From the NCBI RefSeq assembly GCF_006345805.1, contig NC_043013.1, positions 18,290,001 through 18,354,000 of the forward strand: DNA of 64,000 bases, written 5' to 3'. Positions 12,940 through 25,555 of the stretch are shown one piece after another. A program made the position numbers and the translations under genes. The stretch's first letter is position 1. Every line of letters starts with the position of its first letter. The stretch is from Octopus sinensis (lineage: Eukaryota). A model generated the notes under the pieces. The model did no database searches, was not told the origin of the DNA, and saw only the letters and a list, made by a program, of their open reading frames with translations.

Positions 12940-12960
12940 TATATATATATATATATATAA

Positions 12961-12995
<35 letters not shown>

Positions 12996-13026
12996 AACAC
13001 ACACACACACATATATATATATATAA

Positions 13027-13061
<35 letters not shown>

Positions 13062-13063
13062 AA

Positions 13064-13113
<50 letters not shown>

Positions 13114-13142
13114 ACACACATATATATATATATATATATAAA

Positions 13143-13173
<31 letters not shown>

Positions 13174-13200
13174 AACACACACACACACATATATATACAC
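12940..13200. repeat. (TA)n-aa-(CA)n higher-order microsatellite
   Basis: About 7 units of (ta)n aaa(ca)n. Confidence 0.9.
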
Positions 13201-13490
13201 ACATGATGTACATGTATATATGTATGTGTATATCTGTGTGTGTATGTATGAATGTGAATGTTCATTCACATACATCCATACACATACACACTCACTCACA
13301 CAACTACATAAGACACGCAGATTTGGAGCAATAACTTGTCGTTTATCTACTGGGTAGATCTACATCCGGGTAGAGGTTATATATAAACAAATAGATAGAC
13401 TGATAAACGATCAGACATAGTTAAATAACAAAATAGCTGGCTACTTATATATATGTGCATGTGAATGTGTGTGAATATATATATATGAGT

Positions 13491-13798
13491 ATATCACGTG
13501 ATCACATGACCGACCAGATCATCAGATGTTGTTACACATCGCTGGTCACAATGTGTTCGCATTGTTTTAGCCTTCGGATGACACCACCCCGCTGGCTAAG
13601 CGAGCAGGCCAACAGATGAAAGAGTGAGAGAAAGAGTGGTGAAAGGGTACAGCAGGGATCACCACCCCCTGCCGGAGCGTCGTGGAGCTTTTAGGTATTT
13701 TCACTCAATAAACACACACAACGCCCAATCTGGGAATTGAAACCGCGATCCTACGACCGCGAGTCCGCTGCCCTAACCACTGGGCCATTGCGCCTCCA
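13491..13798 (-). mobile_element. tRNA-derived SINE family A, tail type 1
   Basis: Minus head tggaggcgcaatggcccagtggttagggcagcggactcg; tail ending cggtcatgtgatcacgtgata. Confidence 0.85.
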
Positions 13799-13820
13799 TA
13801 TGAGTATATATAACACACAT

Positions 13821-13908
<88 letters not shown>

Positions 13909-13913
<5 letters not shown>

Positions 13914-14193
13914 CGATGCCAGCGCCGCCTCGACTGGCTTCCGTGCCGGTGGCACATAAAATACACCAATCCGACTGTGGCCGTTGCCAGCCTTGCCTGG
14001 CACCTGTGCAGATGGCACGTAAAAAGCACCCACTACACTCACGGAGTGGTTGGGGTTAGGAAGGGCATCCAGCTGTAGAAACATTGCCAGATAAGACTGG
14101 AGCCTGGTGCAGCCTTCTGGCTTCCCAGATCCCCGGTCGAACCGTCCAACCCATGCTAGCATGGAGAACGGACGTTAAACGATGATGATGATG
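13909..14193 (+). mobile_element. 5'-truncated RTE 3'UTR copy following a long (TA)n
   Basis: Homology as above. Confidence 0.85.
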
Positions 14194-14768
14194 ATATATA
14201 TATATATATAAGTCACTGGTGTGTAAAAAGTGTTTGATTTCAACGTATTTATATACCACAATGTACAGCACTAGGTTTTTTGCTGACATCGTATGATGTC
14301 TGTCCATGAGGAAACCATGCACCAACCAGCTGACACAGCATACTCACAACTGCACTGCTATAAAGGAGTGAACTTGATCTTTAGGCTAACAATAGCCACA
14401 TCAAGCTAAGTCAGTCAGTTATCGATGCTAGTGTTAACGTATTTTTTTAATGCACTTAACGATTTGTTGTAAATTAAACAATGGAGATTTTGGAAGAACA
14501 ACACTTCTGTGTAAAATTCTGTTTCCTTTTATCTTTTTGCGTTTTTCTTGTTTTAATCATTAGGCTGTAGCCATGCTGGGGCACTGCCTTGAAGAATTTT
14601 AGTTAAGCGAATCGACACCCAGTACTTATTATTTTTTGTAAAGTCTGATACTTATTCTATCAGTCTTTTTTGTTGAACTGCTAAGTTACGGGGATTTAAA
14701 CACACCAACACCAGTTGTCAAGTGGTAGTGGGAGACTAACACATTCACAATGAGACATACATACATAT

Positions 14769-14800
<32 letters not shown>

Positions 14801-14802
<2 letters not shown>

Positions 14803-15350
14803 TGGCCAGTTCACAACATTAGCAAAGTTTTTTGTACAATTTATTGTGGACCATATGGCTCTGGGTTCAGTCCCACTGCATGGCACCTTGAGCAAGTGTC
14901 TTCTACACTATAGTCCCAGGTTGACCAAAGCCTTGTGAATGGATTTGGTAGACGGGAGCTGAAAGAAGCCTGTTGTGTATGTATGTATGTATGTGTGTAT
15001 CTATGTATGTGTGTATATATATATGTGTGTGTGTATATATATATATGTGTGTGTATATATATATGTATATATATATACACACACATATATATATATACAC
15101 ACACACACATATATATATATACACACATACATAGATACACACACACATACATACATACATACATACATACATACACAACAGGCTTCTTTCAGCTCCCGTC
15201 TACCAAATCCATTCACAAGGCTTTGGTCAACCTGGGGCTATAGTGTAGAAGACACTTGCTCAAGGTGCCATGCAGTGGGACTGAACCCAGAGCCATATGG
15301 TCCACAATAAATTTTACAAAAAACTTTGATAATGTTGTGAACTGGCCAAT
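14801..15350. repeat. Near-perfect ~550-bp palindrome (inverted duplication) centred in (TA)n
   Basis: attggccagttcacaacatt...SINE C 5' half...microsatellite, mirrored to ...aatgttgtgaactggccaat; about 3 substitutions seen in the non-microsatellite arms. Confidence 0.9.
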
Positions 15351-15799
15351 GGCGAGGATTCATTGATACCTGTACAATATCACTAGTGGTACCCAAATTT
15401 CAAATTGGGAAGATAATCCAAAGATGATTACTCTGTATCAGGACAATGTTCCACAAAGACAATCACAATGCAGAAGAGTATACTTTGACCTAGGAAAATT
15501 GTCATCTGAGGGTTTGTAAAATTTCCAATGAAGTAGGCATCATGATTTTAAAAGGAAAAAGAAAATGGTGATTATTCATGTTCCCACATTATTTATACTG
15601 CTTTTGTTGACAGTATAAATGATGTAAATTCAGTCGTTCAATTAACCTATCTGCTCATTAAATAAGTATACAAGTAGTTGAGTATTCCACAGATACTTGT
15701 GCACCAACATCATGTTCAATACATATATTGAAGGTAGTATCTTAATGACACTTTCGAGTACCTGCTGATCACGTGTGATATCTTCCATAGAAGTATGAC

Positions 15800-16620
15800 A
15801 CAATCAACATTTTGAGTAGGGTCTTAGGAGTTTAAAGGCTTCACTGTCACTTTTGCTTATTAGATATTTTATAGCTACTTCCTGCACTTGAATTGCAAAA
15901 GCATAATTTTCGAGATTTGATATAACGGTTACAAGTCAGTGTTAATATTATTGCCATCTTCAAATTTATTTTAAGCATACCCATGTATAGCATTTTTGTA
16001 ATATACAGTATGTTTCTCTTCCATGCTTTTTGGATAAGATATGCTAGTCTTGTGATTCTAGAGTTTGTGTGGAAGGTCATCAGTAAGTGAGTACTTTCTA
16101 AAGAGTTCCCTACTTGTAGGATGTTGTGGAGGCACAATGGCCCAGTGGTTAGGGCAGTGGACTCGCGGTCATAGGGTCACGGTTTCGATTCCCAGACCGG
16201 GCGTTGTGAGTGTTTATTGAGCGAAAACACCTAAAGCTCCACGAGGCTTCGGCAGGGGATGGTGGTGATCCCTGCTGTACTCTTTCACCACAACTTTCTC
16301 TCACTCTTACTTCCTGTTTCTGTTGTACCTGTATTTCAAAGGGCCAGCCTTGTCACTCTCTGTGTCACGCTGAATATCCCCGAGAACTACGTTAAGGGTA
16401 CACGTGTCTGTGGAGTGCTCAGCCACTTACACGTTAATTTCACGAGCAGGCTGTTCCGTTGATTCGGATCAACTGGAACCCTCGTCGTCGTAACCGACGG
16501 AGTGCCTCCATGTAGGATGTTACTCTTTTCAAATATCTGACATTAGCTAGCCATTGTGTACATGCTCCTCTGCAGCAAATCATTTAGACTTCACCTACTT
16601 ACTTTCTAACATTAATTGCC
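15800..16620 (-). pseudogene. Possible ancient LTR-retrotransposon RT remnant, split by a SINE
   Basis: Frameshifted pieces (RLAYLIQ, MEEKHTVYY, KLCFC) only loosely resemble Gypsy RT motifs. Confidence 0.25.
16126..16510 (+). mobile_element. SINE family A, tail type 2, full length
   Basis: A/B-box tRNA-like head; 11-bp TSD tgtaggatgtt at 16115-16125 and 16511-16521. Confidence 0.9.
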
Positions 16621-16974
16621 AAGCAACCACTTTTATAAACACACACACACACATATATTTTCCAGGTTTTTTTCTCTATGTACAAGTGTATAAATGCATG
16701 TATACTTAAGTATTTATATGTGTTATCATCATTTTCCATCATAATTTTAATGTACACTTTTCCATGACTGCATGGGTTGAACAGAGGTTATTGAGGAAGA
16801 TTTGCTACAGCCAGGTGCCATTCCTGTATGCATATATGTATGTTTGTATGCCTGTGCATGTCAACTTACATATCTATACACACACTGTATACTACTGCAG
16901 GTGTACATTCTACAGGTTACACTTATGCTTTACATATTTTCACAGTTCTGTTAGTGGCTTGTAATTATAATTTT

Positions 16975-17152
16975 AAAAAGCACCCACTACACTCACGGAG
17001 TGGTTGGCGTTAGGAAGGGCATCCAGCCGTAGAAACATTGCCAGATCAGACTGGGCCTGGTGCAGCCTTCTGGCTTCCCAGACCCCAGTTGAACCATCCA
17101 ACCCATGCTAGCATGGAAAGCGGACGCTAAACGATGATGATGATGATGATGA
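16975..17152 (+). mobile_element. RTE 3' end fragment
   Basis: aaaaagcacccactacactc to (gat)n. Confidence 0.85.
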
Positions 17153-17359
17153 TTGTGTCCTTTCTGGCTTTACAACTGATGCTCTGACAGTTACACAACC
17201 AAGCGCCTTAATAATTACTGGTACAAATTCAAAGTTATTGTCCAAATCTACATATATCTTATTAATTCACTATAGATGTCACTTTTTTTCCCCGTTATGT
17301 AAACATTAGCTGGAAAACTAACATTCAACATTCCTTCTTTAGTTTTCAGATCATGATCA

Positions 17360-17818
17360 AACTCAGTGACTGGCATCCGTTGCTAGTGGAGTGCTAAGAG
17401 TACCATACGAGTGAGATCGTTGCCAGAGCAACAGGCTGGCCATTGTGCCGTTGGCACGTTTAAGCACACCATTCGAGCGTGATCGTTACCGCATCACCTT
17501 ACTAGCACTTGTGCTGGTGGCACGTGAAACATTCGAACGAGGTTGTCGCCAGTGCCGCTGGACTGGCTCCTGTGCAGGTGGCACGTAAAAAGCACCATTT
17601 GGGTGTGGCCGTTGCCAATACCACCAAACTGGCCCTCATGCCAGTGGCATGTAAAGGCACCCACTATACTATCAGAGTGGTTGACGTTAGGAAGGGCATC
17701 CAGCTGTAGAAAGTCCGCCAGATCAGATTGGAGTCTGGTTCGCCAGACCTCAGTCAAATCGTCCAACCCATGCTAGAATGGAAAGCGGACGTTAAATGAT
17801 GATGATGATGATGATGAT
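17360..17818 (+). mobile_element. 5'-truncated RTE 3'UTR copy
   Basis: Same subfamily as 23615-23935 (-). Confidence 0.85.
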
Positions 17819-19436
17819 TATGTCTGGTCTGTTGTGCATAGGTGTGTGTGTATGTGTGTCCATTTCTCTATGTATATATGGATTAATGTACTCCTGTGTA
17901 TATAAGTCTCGTTTACACTTATGTTTTCCCAATCTTATTTGATCTTACAGCTCATAACACCAATATCTCCTTCAACTCATTATATGTAATTTTATGTCAA
18001 TATCTCAACATTCTGTCCAGTCAATATTACATTTAATTGTAATTGTGCTAGTATGTTATTTTCAGTCCCGTCACCTCCACCACTCTTGCTTACAAATGCC
18101 GGTTGCTTATACATATGCACATATTGACACACCTCTCTCACACACACACAAACATATATACATACATATACAAGCACACACTCACTACTATCTCTCTCAT
18201 ACACAGATCCTTCAATAAATGTCCAACATTAACCCGCCTCTTCATTCTCCTCTGATAGAGGATACTTGCTCTCACCTACTTTCTTTCTGCAATTAGCTGC
18301 ACAGCTGCTTCTTCCATAAACACACATTCATTTCTTTCTATATAATGTTTTACCCTCCTTTCTTGTCATCTTAACTTGACAAAGGACCAACTGTCCAAAA
18401 CATCAATATCACTTCTTTCCTTAACACCAGAATGCACTGACTTTTTACTACCATTTCATACCCAACTTTTTTCTTTCGTTCATAATTTACTCGACAGATA
18501 CATATATTGATAGATAGATGTAAATATATATATATATATATATGTATTTACTCTCTTTCTAATTTTCACAAGTTACAGCTGCAAAAAAACAAAAAAACAA
18601 AAAACATTTTTTCTTTTAAGAAATGAAGGAAGTTTTGTTCTCTTCATCAGTCTTTGCATAAACATTCACTCTTTAAATTTTAAGAACATCTTAAAGTTTT
18701 TTACTTTTCCCAGATATCACGATCATCTGTAGCATATAAAGTATGCAACAGCGTTCTTTCTCCAAGAATCCAAGTTCATCCATACCTTAATCCAAATGAG
18801 TTGGTCATTGACTGATGTTGCTACAATAATAATGCATTCTAATCAAGGCACAAGGCTTGAGACGAGAGACAAAACTGATCTTATCAAGATTTGTACTCAG
18901 AATATAAAGGGTCAGAAGAAATACTGTATGGCAATTTTTCTGGAAACTTAATAATTCTGCCAGTCCACCATCTATGCAGCTCTAATAATAATGGCTATAA
19001 AGCTGAAAGTGGAAATTTGGTACTGGACTGACAAATTCCTCATCAAAGGCCCATAAATCTCTTCTTTCTCATTCAATATTCCTCTCACATTAATGTCAAG
19101 TGGGCTGCTGACAGCTAAAACAACAAGCTTTTAATTCATCATCTCAGAAAACAATATCAGAGCTGTTGTGCTTGAATTTGGTCACTGGTGTTTTCTAAGG
19201 TTCCACCAGTGTTCTTTTGATCCAGCAATCTCAATATGCTTCGCTTTATTGGTTGTATATATATATTCTTTCTCGCTCTATTCTAGAATGTTCTAGCTAC
19301 CACAATGTGACTCTTGGGAAGAGGCTAGGGCATTCTCTCATGTGTGTGTGTGTGTGTGTGTGTGTGTATGAGTGTGTATGCATGCTTGAATGTATGTGAG
19401 TGTATAAGCAGGTATATGTGTATGTATGCATTAGCA

Positions 19437-19470
<34 letters not shown>

Positions 19471-19787
19471 GTGTGTGTGTGTTTGTGTGTATATATATAT
19501 ACACACACACACACATGTGTACATGTGTATATGTGTCTGCATGTATGAATGTTTGTGTTCATGCCTGCCTGTGTGTGTAGTGCGTGTGTATATGATAATT
19601 CAATATATTATTTAAGAGACAGCGTTAAATCGATAGATTCACAGACAAAACAGACATTTCTCTTATGATTGGCATGAAAACTGTATTGTATAAATAATAT
19701 AACTATAGACATATGTGTGTATAATATATAAAATACACGCACACATATATAATACATGCATACACACATACATACAATGCATGTGTT

Positions 19788-19820
<33 letters not shown>

Positions 19821-20541
19821 ATGATAAGTGTGTATGCATGTATACATGCAATGGATAGACTATGTGCATGTGTACATGTATGCAAATATATATGTATGTA
19901 TGCATATAGTTGTGTATGAATGTAATTATGTATGTGTATGCCAGTTTATTGGCATAACAGCAACATCAACAACAGTAACAACAAAGAAATATCTGTCTCA
20001 GTTTATCTGTCTGCTTGTCTGTCTGTGTGTCTGGTCTAGATTTTGTTCCCAAGAGGTTCCACATTGTAACACTATCTTAGAGATAAATGGTTTGATCAAA
20101 GGACATCAAAGTTTTAGAAGAATCTAGAAATAATAGTAGACTGGATTACGTTGAGGTCTTCATTCATAAACACATAACCTGTCTAGCACAGACACATTGG
20201 TACTGCAGCTCAACTGGCTGGAAGAAATAGCCATATCTCCCTTAAGGTCATATCACACCATCTTGCAAAAAAAAAAAAAAAAAATTAATAAAGAAATAAA
20301 TGATACAACAGCAACAATGTAGTCCCTGATATGTAAACATGGTGGTGGTGGTGGTGGTCATGGCAGGAACTGTTTCTACCGTAGCTCTGCTCTGTAAGAA
20401 CAGACCTAAAATTAAACAACTACAGCAGTATCTGGTGTGTGGACATGTTGGTACTGTCACATCTGTACATGTGACAGCCATGTGGATTCTGGTCAATATA
20501 ATAATAGTGAGCTTATTATATATAGTACTCTGGTATAGTAT

Positions 20542-20771
20542 AGGTAGTGAGCTGGCAGAAACGTTAGCGCACTGGGCGAAATGCTTAGCGGTATTTTGTC
20601 TCTTGTTATGTTCTGAGTTCAAATTCCGCCGAGGTTGACTTTGCCTTTCATCCTTTCGGGGTCGATAAATAAAGCACCAGTTTTGCACTGGGGTCGATGT
20701 AATCCACTTAATCCCTTTGTCTGTCCTTGTTTGTCCCCTCTATGTTTAGCCCCTTGTGGGCAGTAAAGAAA
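20542..20771 (+). mobile_element. SINE family B, tandem copy 1
   Basis: Full head to gtaaagaaat tail. Confidence 0.85.
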
Positions 20772-20798
20772 TATATATATAGTACTCTGGTATAGTAT

Positions 20799-21028
20799 AG
20801 GCGGTGAGCTGGCAGAAACATTAGCACACCGGGCGAAATGCTTAGCGGTATTTCGTCTGTTGTTATGTTCTGAGTTCAAATTCCGCCGAGGTTGACTTTG
20901 CTTTTCATCCTTTCGGGGTCGATAAATAAAGTACCAGTTTCACACTGGGGTCGATGTAATAGACTTAATCTCTTTGTCTGTCCTTGTTTGTCCTCTCTAT
21001 GTTTAGCCCCTTGTGGGTAATAAAGAAA
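20799..21028 (+). mobile_element. SINE family B, tandem copy 2
   Basis: Full head to taataaagaaat tail. Confidence 0.85.
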
Positions 21029-21249
21029 TATATATATATAGTACTCTGGTATACTACAACTTATCGGAAAAGGGTAAAAGAGAGGACATATAAGTCCAGT
21101 TAAGAAAGACAGCAATAAAAGCAATAAGTACACGCTCGGTACACTGAATAAAACACAAAATAACAGAAATGGGAACATTAAAAGGACCATAAAGAGGAGA
21201 TGTGCCTAGGCACTTCAGGAGTAGTGTTGGCAAATTTAGGGAAACATAG

Positions 21250-21760
21250 AATTTTTGAAGGATGAAGTGTCCTGACAGCCAACAAATTATGCAGATAGTT
21301 TATTCCATGCTTTGAGAATACTGAGTATGAAGAAAAATGTTTGCAAAAGTAATGAGTACTGTGGTGTTATTTGATTTTATAAGCATTTCCATGACTAAGA
21401 GGGGTATTTATTTTTAAAATGTACCTAAAATAGCAGGAAAGATGGTGGATAATTGTGTGACCTTCTATCAAATCAGCTACTAGACATTGAACTTTAGAAT
21501 GTCAGAGACACAAAATATTCAAGATATGGTAAGTGAATGATAGAGAGTATTCATCTGGTTGCATGTCTTAGGACAGTTTCCATCAAGTTGATATTCTGGA
21601 CAATATGGGAATTTCAGATTTGAGATGCAAACTGTGGATGCACCACAGCCATATAGAGCTTTAAAAAGACAGAGATGCTAAGACACCTTTGGCATTTTTG
21701 ATGAGTTTAGAAATGAGGTTCATCCATGTTGTCTGATAGGAAATACTTTGGGTTGTATAA
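21250..21760 (-). pseudogene. Degenerate CR1/L2-type LINE C-terminal remnant
   Basis: Minus-strand frames give PY...LMETVLRHATR, like the CR1/L2 motif LE.VQRRATR. Confidence 0.4.
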
Positions 21761-23021
21761 TTTTACATAAACTATATCTGAATAAAAAAAACAACTTTCG
21801 ATTAAAGGTCTGCATGATCAATGCTGGCCTGGCGTTAGATAACAACACCAACAATGATGAAGGATATGTTAGACTATAGATAGGCTATACCTAAATAAAT
21901 GATGAGATGGTCATGGCTGGAACACCAACAAAACCAATAAATATATACATTACACTATGTTAAATGACATCAATTTCAGCCCATCTATTGATTAATTAGT
22001 GTTTACTTACCAATAAACTGTGAACACTAATGTGTTGTGTGCACTATATTCTCAGGTCTCTTCTACTGTAATATTCATGTACATGACATTATACAGGGTA
22101 ATATACCAAAGTGTGGTACCTACTTACAGCTACGTAGACACAATACAGTGTACCATGTCATTCTATTGTACTTATATACAATGGAGTGGAATGGGGCACT
22201 GACAGTTAAGTACCTTGATTATAGACTCAGTGCAGTTAACTATACCACACTTTGGTACCTACATACAGCTAGATAGACTGGACTGTTGGCAATTATCTTG
22301 GTTATGAACACAGTATAGTACACTGCACCATATGAAGTACTAAAGTACAGCTAAGTGAACAGTTGACAGTTGGGTGTCTTGGAGATAGACAAAATGTAGG
22401 AAACATTACTACAGTGTGCATGGTACCTAGTTATGGCTAGAAAGTCTATGGTACCTATTTACATGTAGCTCAGGTTACACTATATAATGTTTCACTGGTG
22501 CATTTTAGGGAGCTATGACTGCTATTACTAGCAAGTTCAGCAACTATGTAAAGGCTTTTTTTCTTGTCTCCTATAAATAATTCATTGTTATTGCAATTAG
22601 AGTTATATAAGTTACTGGCTGTCTGATATTATTATCTAAGATAACAACTATGAAGGAAGATGAAAGCTCTGTTTAAATAATAGCTTCTTTTCCACCCCTC
22701 TCCTTCTCACTTCCCCCCACACACACATTCCCACCTGACACAACCCCACCCTAACCCTCCATACACCCACACTCCCATATTGTTTCACGATGTTTTAATA
22801 CCTGGTAGAAATCAATATCTAATTTAGAGATAGAAGACAAAATATTACATTATGGATTAGCAGAGTTCAGTTGAGCATCAAACAAAATGCTTTGTGATGG
22901 CATTATATTCTGAGTTCAAATCCTGAAGAGGGCAACTATGCATTTCATCCTTCTGGGCTTGGATTAGATATAATATCACCTATCTACATCTTCTCCAAAT
23001 TTTAAGCCTTATGTCTGTTCT

Positions 23022-23289
23022 CATCATCATCATTGTTCGACCGTGGTCGAGACAATGGAATTTACTATGTTACGCCAGACTTCACGGTCCATCATAGCAT
23101 TACGGAGGTCCTGTTGCTGGATGCCTGTATCCCTGGAGATACATCAGGGTAGGAGAGTGTGCACCCTCTGGTATCGCGAGCAGATGGCTTCCAGAGGAGA
23201 AGAGTAGAAATTACCTCGTTTTCAGCTTTACAACAATGTCCAGCAAACTGGACTCTTCTACCTTTCACAAGAGATGATACAGGTTCTAG
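23022..23289 (-). mobile_element. 5'-truncated LINE (second RTE-like family), C-terminal ORF end and (GAT)n tail
   Basis: RRVQFAGHC...LLWKP...AMMDREVWRNIVNSIVSTTVEQ* (one frameshift); 11-bp TSD atgtctgttct at 23011-23021 and 23290-23300. Confidence 0.8.
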
Positions 23290-23614
23290 ATGTCTGTTCT
23301 AGAAACAATTATAAACAGCAGATAAATATGTCTTCAATAAAACTGTGAAAATAAGAGTGTACTGGGTCTTGATATTTCAGGCAGAGCCATTTTAGCAACT
23401 GGGTAAACCAATGCACTGGGCCCTATAGTAGGTATTTATTGATTGTATACTGTAGCATACATGGATCATGGGTCCCTTGATCTGTGAGGTCCTTGGGAAA
23501 CTGTCCAGTATGCCCAAGCTTTAAGACAACACTGACTTTGAGTAGTTGTTAAATATAACTTAGAACCTGTCAGTTTCTCAGAGGTCATTATTGTTATTAT
23601 CACATGTATATAAG

Positions 23615-23935
23615 TCATCATCATTTAACGTCCGTTTTCCATGCTAGCATGGGTTGGACGATTTGACTGAGGTCTGGCGAACCAGACTCCAATCTGATCT
23701 GGCAGAGTTTCTACAGCTGGATGCCCTCCCTAACGCCAACCACTCCGAGAGTGTAGTGGGTGCTTCTACATGCCACCGACATGAGGGCCAGTTTGGTGGT
23801 ACTGGCAATGGCCACGCCCAAATGGTTCTTTTTATGTGCCACCTGCACAGGAGCCAGTCCAGCGGCACTGGCGATGACCTTGCTTAAATGTTTCATGTGC
23901 CACCAGCACAAGTGCTACTAAGGTGACACGGTATC
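23615..23935 (-). mobile_element. 5'-truncated RTE 3'UTR copy
   Basis: Inverse of 17490-17818. Confidence 0.85.
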
Positions 23936-24431
23936 TTGAGACCCCAAAACCAAGGTGCCACATGAAAAGCATTGGTGTGGGTAAAAAGACTGGGAAAGGA
24001 GCCGCTTACGCGTGATTTTGATGTTACATTTGTTGAAAGCATGCAAAATAAATTGGAAAAGAAAAGAAACCCACAAAACAAAATTCCATTGTAGGGAAAC
24101 TCAGACTTTTCTGGTGATCCAACAGGTCATGAGTAGTGTAGTATATATAAAATAATCATGGACTCTCCTGTCGTTAGACAACATATGAAGGTTCAATGAT
24201 TTCTTACCGAACAACCACACAGGTGATTTGTTTATAATGATCACTCGCTCCATCAAATTGACATTACCTGTACAGGTGCAACATTACCTGCACAGGTGCC
24301 ACATGTCAGATGTTGAAATGATTGTAGAGCAATGTGAAATGAAATGCTTTGCTCAAGAATGCAATGCCTGGTCTGAGAATCAAACCCAGGATCTCACAAT
24401 TGTGAGTGCAACATCTTAACCACTAAGCCAT

Positions 24432-24795
24432 GGCTGTGTCATAAGAATCTTGCTTCCCTACCACATGGTTCTAGGTTCATTCCCATTGTGTGGCACCTTG
24501 GGCAAGTAGCTTCTACTATACCCTAAGTGGATTTGGTAGATAGAAACTGAAAGAAGCCTGTCATATGTATGTATACATATATATATATGCATATATCTAT
24601 GTCTGTGTCATTGTTTGTTTGTCCCTCACCACTGTTGGTGTGTTTATATCCCCGTAACTTAGCAGTTTGGCAAAAGAGACCAATAGAATAGGAACAGGGC
24701 TTGAAAAAAAATATGTCCTCAGGTTGATTTGTTCAACTAAAAAAATCCTTCAAGGCAGTGCTCCAGCATGGCCGTAGTTAAGTGAATGAAACAAG
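24432..24795 (+). mobile_element. SINE family C
   Basis: Head, internal microsatellite and tail gaatgaaacaagtaaaag. Confidence 0.75.
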
Positions 24796-25555
24796 TAAAA
24801 GGTAAAGGATATATATATAGAGAGGAGAAGAGGAGAGAAGGGGAGAGATTCACACACATGAATGACATTGTATGCGTGTGTACAAGAGCGTGTGAGAGTG
24901 TGTGCGTGTAGATTGCTTCTGCAGCTAATTCTTTAAATCTCTGCCACTTCACTTTTCTAAAAGACATTGAAGTAAATAAGTTGATTCCATTATTTCTTTG
25001 CGACATGAAAGCAGGGCTAGAGGTCATGTGTCTTACACTGTATCTTGTTTACCACTCTAAGTCAAGACCATGTCCACAAATAAAATCTGTGCTTTTATCA
25101 ACTAATCCCAGAGACATGGCATGACTGAACAGCCAGCGTTATCATGGCTACAATCACTAGATATACATAATGGTATAGAATCATGGCTAATCCAATACTT
25201 TGCTGTGTTTTGGTGTTTTGAAGATTTGGGGCTTTGGCTTTTTGAGTATTTTTTCTTTTTTTTCCACTTTCTTTGCAGTTTACTTTTACTTATTAATAAT
25301 AATAATAATGATGATAATAATAATAATAATTAGCTGGACCCATGAAAAATTCATGAAAAACATAAAAGATGTAAGCATCTGTAAACATTGTACTGGTGCC
25401 ATGAGAAATGTTTGTATATAATGACCGTCTGTCTTTACGTTCTGAGTTCAAATTCTGCCGAGGTCGACTTTGCCTTTCGCCCTTTTGTGGTTGATAAATT
25501 AAGTACCAGTTGTGTAATGAGGTCGATTTAATCAACTGGCTGTTCGTACACATGC

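Noticed and set aside
18785-19115. Minus-strand exon candidates (VSSPLDINVRGILNEKEEIYGPL; TSVNDQLIWIK)
   Set aside because: Plausible splice sites but no recognisable homology or consistent phase linkage; the EEIYGP resemblance to aldehyde dehydrogenase is too short.
21950-22500. Degenerate ggtaccta..acagcta repeats, similar to ~35190-35345
   Set aside because: Too decayed to define unit or boundaries; probably an old dispersed minisatellite.
22700-22780. G-quadruplex-like tract on the minus strand
   Set aside because: Irregular low-complexity G runs with no functional context.
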